NCBI GenBank assembly: GCA_963826115.1
Contig: CAWGVS010000005.1
Coordinates: 1,088,001-1,152,000, forward strand
Direction: 5' to 3'
DNA from: an uncultured Candidatus Rokubacteria bacterium
GTDB lineage: Bacteria; Methylomirabilota; Methylomirabilia; Rokubacteriales; DASRDR01
Length of the DNA stretch: 64,000 nucleotides
Position 1 is the stretch's first letter. Each line of letters opens with the position of its first letter. Position numbers and translations under genes: made by a program. Below the pieces are notes generated by a model that saw nothing but the letters and a program-made list of their open reading frames with translations, was not told the origin of the DNA and did no database searches. Positions 58,711 to 64,000 of the stretch are shown here, piece after piece.

Positions 58711-59225
58711 ATGGCGCTCACCCCGGCCGAGTTCCGCGCTGCGCTGCGGTCCTTCGCGGCGGGCGTCACGGTGGTGACGACCCGCGATCGGGACGGGCGC
58801 CCGTCGGGCCTCACGGCCAGCGCCTTCACCTCCGTGTCGCTGCACCCGCCGCTCGTGCTCGTGTGCGTCGACCACGCCGCCACGGCCTACCCGGACTTCC
58901 GGGCGCACGGCTGGTTCGCCGTCAACGTCCTGCGCCGGGAGCAGGAAGCGCTATCGCGCCGGTTCGCCGCTGACGGGCGGCGACAAGTTCCACGGCGTCG
59001 CGTGCCACGAGGGCGCTGCACGGCCTCCCGCTCCTCGACGACGCGCTGGCGACCCTCGAGTGCCGGATCGTCGAGGCCCACCCGGCGGGAGACCACACCA
59101 TCTTCGTCGGGGAGGTCGAGGCCGCCAAGGTCCGCGGCGGGCACCCCCTCGTGTACTTCCAGAGCACCTACCACAGTCTAGCGACCGACACCGCTCCGCC
59201 GTCAGGCGCCCAGGGCCACTCGTGA
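58711..59225 (+). CDS. Flavin reductase-like protein (two apparent +1 indels)
   Basis: FAAGVTVVT, SVSLHPPLVLVC, then GDKF, LECR..GDHTIFVGEV in shifted frames. Confidence 0.85.
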
Positions 59226-59893
59226 CGGTGGCCGTCGGCGAGCACCGGGAATCGTCATGCCCCCGACCCGCCCGACTCGAGCCGCGCGAGCTAGGCGACC
59301 GGCTGACGGCCGGCGCCATCCTCGTCGACACCCGCGACCCACGGGCGTTCGGCGTCGGACACGTCGCCGGCAGCCTGAACGTCTGGATCGACGGCCCGCA
59401 GTTCGCGGAGCGCGTGTCCTGGTTCGTGCCGGCCGCCGCCTCGCTCGTCCTCCTCACCGAGACCGAGTCCGACGTGGGCCGGGCGGTCCCGGCCCTGGCG
59501 CGGGTGGGGCTCGCGGACGTCGCCGGATATCTCGTCGGTACGGCCTGCGTTCGGGCCGCGGGGCTGCCCGTCGGCACGCTCACCAACGTGACCGTGCAGG
59601 AGCTCGCGGAACGCCTCGCCCGAGAGCCCGATCTGGTGGTCGTGGACGTGCGGGAGTCAGCCGAGTGGGCCGACGGGCACGTGGCGGCAGCCCGCCACGT
59701 CCCCATGCGCCAGGTCGCGGCGCGCATCGCGGAGATTCCCCGGAACCGTCGCGTCGCGATCACGTGCGCGGGCGGGACTCGCTCGAGCCTCGTCGGCAGC
59801 CTGCTCCTGGCGCGCGGCTTCACGGACCTCCTCAACGTCTGGGGCGGCATGACCGGCTGGACGCAGGCTGGCCTCCCCGTCACCCGCGACTGA
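59222..59893 (+). CDS. Tandem rhodanese-domain protein
   Basis: VDTR..GHVAGS, VDVRE..GHV, CAGGTRS, GGMTGW. Confidence 0.88.
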   Translation: MTVAVGEHRESSCPRPARLEPRELGDRLTAGAILVDTRDPRAFGVGHVAGSLNVWIDGPQFAERVSWFVPAAASLVLLTETESDVGRAVPALARVGLADVAGYLVGTACVRAAGLPVGTLTNVTVQELAERLAREPDLVVVDVRESAEWADGHVAAARHVPMRQVAARIAEIPRNRRVAITCAGGTRSSLVGSLLLARGFTDLLNVWGGMTGWTQAGLPVTRD

Positions 59894-59988
59894 GCGGCTC
59901 GTGAGCCGGCTCCGGGCGGCTCCGTAGTCCCCGTCCGCCGACCCGTGCCCCGTCTCGCCGCCCGATCGCCCCGGCGGGTGCCTGCGCC

Positions 59989-61101
59989 GTGAACCTCCTC
60001 CAGATCTATCCGAAGGGAGACTTCTACACCGGCGCCGCCATCCAGCTGCGGGACCTCGCGCGCGGCGCTCGCCGCCCGCGGCCACCGCGTGACCGTCGTC
60101 ACCCGGCCCAGCGAGCGCTGGGCGGACGAGGCCCGCGCCGCCGGCTTCGCGCACCTGGGCTTCTTCCGCGGGCCCGCGGACCCGGCCGGCGCGGCCCGCC
60201 TGGCGGGCCTCCTCCGGCGCGACCGGATCGAGGTCGTCCACGCGCACAAGGGCGGCGGGCGCACCCTCACACTCCTCGCCCGCGGTCTCGCCGCCCGCCC
60301 TCCCCTGATCGTCAACCGGGGCGTCAGCTTCCCGATGGCGCCCGTGAGCCGCTGGCTCGACGGGAGTCGCCTGGTCGCCCGCATCGTGGCCGTCTGCCAG
60401 GCGATCAAGGACGACCTCGTGCGCCAGGGCCTTCCCGGCGGCAAGATCGAGGTCGTCTACTCCGGAACGGACACCGACCGCTTCGATCCGGCGCGCGCGG
60501 GCGGCGACGCTGTCCGGCGGGAGCTCGGCATCGACGCCACCACGCCGCTCGTGGCCCAGATCGGCGTCCGCGAGCCCAAGGGCAACGACGACCTCCTGCG
60601 GGCCTTCGCGCGGATCCGGGCCGCGCGCGGGGACGCCCGGCTTCTCCTCGTCGGCGCGCGGCCGGAGAAGCGGGCCCCGCTCGAGGCGCCTGGCGCGCGC
60701 GAGCGGGCTCGGCGACGCCGTCACGATCTGGGGTTACCGCGACGACATCCCCGAGGTGCTCGCCGCCGCGACCGTGTCCGTCGACGCCTCCCACGAGGGT
60801 CTCGGGATCACCGGCACGCTCCGCGAGTCGCTCGCGATGGAGACGCCCGTCGTCGCGACCCGGGCGATGGGCAACCCCGAGCTCGTCGGCCACGAGGAGC
60901 ACGGCCTCCTCGTGCCGCCGCGGGACCCCGAGGCGCTCGCAGCCGCCGTTCTCCGGCTCCTCGCCGACCCTGCCTGGGCCCGGAGCCTCGGCCGCGCGGG
61001 CCGCGCGCGCGTCGTCGCCGGCTTCTCGACCCGGGCGAAGGTGGAGCGGCTGGAGCGCCTGTACGCCCGCGAGGCCAATCCCCGCGCCGCGCGGCGCCTG
61101 A
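59989..61101 (+). CDS. GT4 glycosyltransferase (three apparent +1 indels)
   Basis: TGAAIQLRDLA, VYSGTD..RF, KGND, EGLG..LRESLAMETPVVAT, stitched across frames. Confidence 0.85.
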   Translation: MNLLQIYPKGDFYTGAAIQLRDLARGARRPRPPRDRRHPAQRALGGRGPRRRLRAPGLLPRARGPGRRGPPGGPPPARPDRGRPRAQGRRAHPHTPRPRSRRPPSPDRQPGRQLPDGAREPLARRESPGRPHRGRLPGDQGRPRAPGPSRRQDRGRLLRNGHRPLRSGARGRRRCPAGARHRRHHAARGPDRRPRAQGQRRPPAGLRADPGRARGRPASPRRRAAGEAGPARGAWRARAGSATPSRSGVTATTSPRCSPPRPCPSTPPTRVSGSPARSASRSRWRRPSSRPGRWATPSSSATRSTASSCRRGTPRRSQPPFSGSSPTLPGPGASAARAARASSPASRPGRRWSGWSACTPARPIPAPRGA

Positions 61102-61214
61102 TCCACCCGCGGCTGCGCCCCGCAACCGCCCGCCTCCCGCGCACCTGCGGCGCCGCGCCGGAATCGGGGCGCCCGGCCCGACGCCCCTTGCTACAATACG
61201 CTCACGGATTCGCC

Positions 61215-62960
<1,746 letters not shown>

Positions 62961-62987
62961 TCAGGATGCGCTGAGGCCGTACCCGCC

Positions 62988-64000
62988 GTGGATCTCGCCG
63001 CCCCCCGTCCACTACCGCTCGGCCGGTCCCGCGACTGGCTGGCCGTGGCCCGCGACGGCGTCCTCATGGGGTTCTTCGTCGCGATGGCGTGCTCGATCAG
63101 CGTCTCGCAGGGCCTGCTCGCGGCGCTCTGCGTGCTCGTCGTCGTCTCGTCGCGACTCGGGCGGACGGGCGGCGCCGGGGCGGTCGCCGCCTTGCCCTGG
63201 ACGGATCTCGCCTCGCTCCGGCAGCACCCGCTCACGCCACCCTTCCTGGCCTTCACCGCCCTGACCCTCGTCTCGTCGGCGTTCTCGGGCAATCCCGGCT
63301 GGAGCTTCTGGATCGCGCGAGACCTCCTCCGGATCGCGACCTTCTACGTCGTCCTCGCGTGCACGCGGGAGCCGCGCCACGCCGTGCGGCTCTGGCAGGC
63401 GTTCCTGACGGCCTTGAGCCTCATGGCCGCCTACGGGCTCGGCCAGGCCTACCTCTGCGGGGTCCGCCCGGGCTGGGTGCCGGCCGCCTGGCTCACCGAG
63501 ATATGCACGCACGCCCAGCGCGTCCGCGGGCCCTTCAGCATCTACATGACGTTCGGCGGGGTGCTCTTCCTCGGTGTGCTGTTCTTCCTGGCCTACCTCG
63601 CCAACGTCCCCTGGCGCCGCGCGTGGTGGATGCTCCCGGGCGTGGCGGTGACATCCGCGGCCCTGGCCTTCACCTACTCCCGGAACGCATGGCTGGGTCT
63701 CGCCGCGGGAGCGCTCGGCCTCGTGCTGACGGCGCGACGCACGCTGCGCATCGTCCTGGTCCTCGCGGCGGTGCTGACGCTGGGCGCGATCGCGATGCCA
63801 GGGGGCGTGACAGAGCGCGTACGGTCCGTCGTCAACCTCGAGGACCAGACCCTCCGGGACCGGGTGGCGATGTGGCGCTCGGGCCTCGCGATGATCGCCG
63901 ACCACCCGCTCCTCGGCGTCGGCCCCGGCGAGGTCCGGACGTGGTATCAGCAGTACCGCCGGCCCGAGGCCGTGCGCCCCAGCACGGGCCATCTCCACAA
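62988..64000 (+). CDS. O-antigen ligase family protein (runs off window end)
   Basis: Multi-TM; TYSRNAWLG, RVAMW, HPLLGVGPG, GHLH at the edge. Not in the ORF track. Confidence 0.85.
   Translation, partial: MDLAAPRPLPLGRSRDWLAVARDGVLMGFFVAMACSISVSQGLLAALCVLVVVSSRLGRTGGAGAVAALPWTDLASLRQHPLTPPFLAFTALTLVSSAFSGNPGWSFWIARDLLRIATFYVVLACTREPRHAVRLWQAFLTALSLMAAYGLGQAYLCGVRPGWVPAAWLTEICTHAQRVRGPFSIYMTFGGVLFLGVLFFLAYLANVPWRRAWWMLPGVAVTSAALAFTYSRNAWLGLAAGALGLVLTARRTLRIVLVLAAVLTLGAIAMPGGVTERVRSVVNLEDQTLRDRVAMWRSGLAMIADHPLLGVGPGEVRTWYQQYRRPEAVRPSTGHLH

Overview
Very GC-rich bacterial chromosomal window with about 55 genes. Gene content and style suggest Candidatus Rokubacteria/Methylomirabilota, but that is inference only. 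No rRNA, tRNA, CRISPR or transposase is visible. Housekeeping and metabolic genes: FadF-like Fe-S oxidoreductase, meaB, CoA-transferase III, tsaB-rimI, pyrE-like, glyA-nrdR, EmrAB, AttEFGH-like ABC, GGT, LemA, two sigma54 regulators, HelY-like helicase, Mrp, a Dpp ABC system and a GT4-MsbA-O-antigen ligase cluster. The most interesting signals are missed by the ORF track: (1) a probable selenoprotein, a UxxC glutaredoxin fused to a DinB domain, with in-frame TGA and a SECIS-like hairpin (22658-23407); (2) a self-contained micro-gene for the 11-aa peptide MAKKKATKKKK with promoter, SD, SD-sequestering stem and 3' hairpin (10856-11036); (3) two 107-bp repeats that form GTGA-coupled 36-aa mini-ORFs; (4) a contracted CXCH heme motif; (5) two readable sigma54 promoter/enhancer circuits; (6) about 11 apparently leaderless genes. 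About 14 single-base indels in otherwise intact genes are probably sequencing errors.
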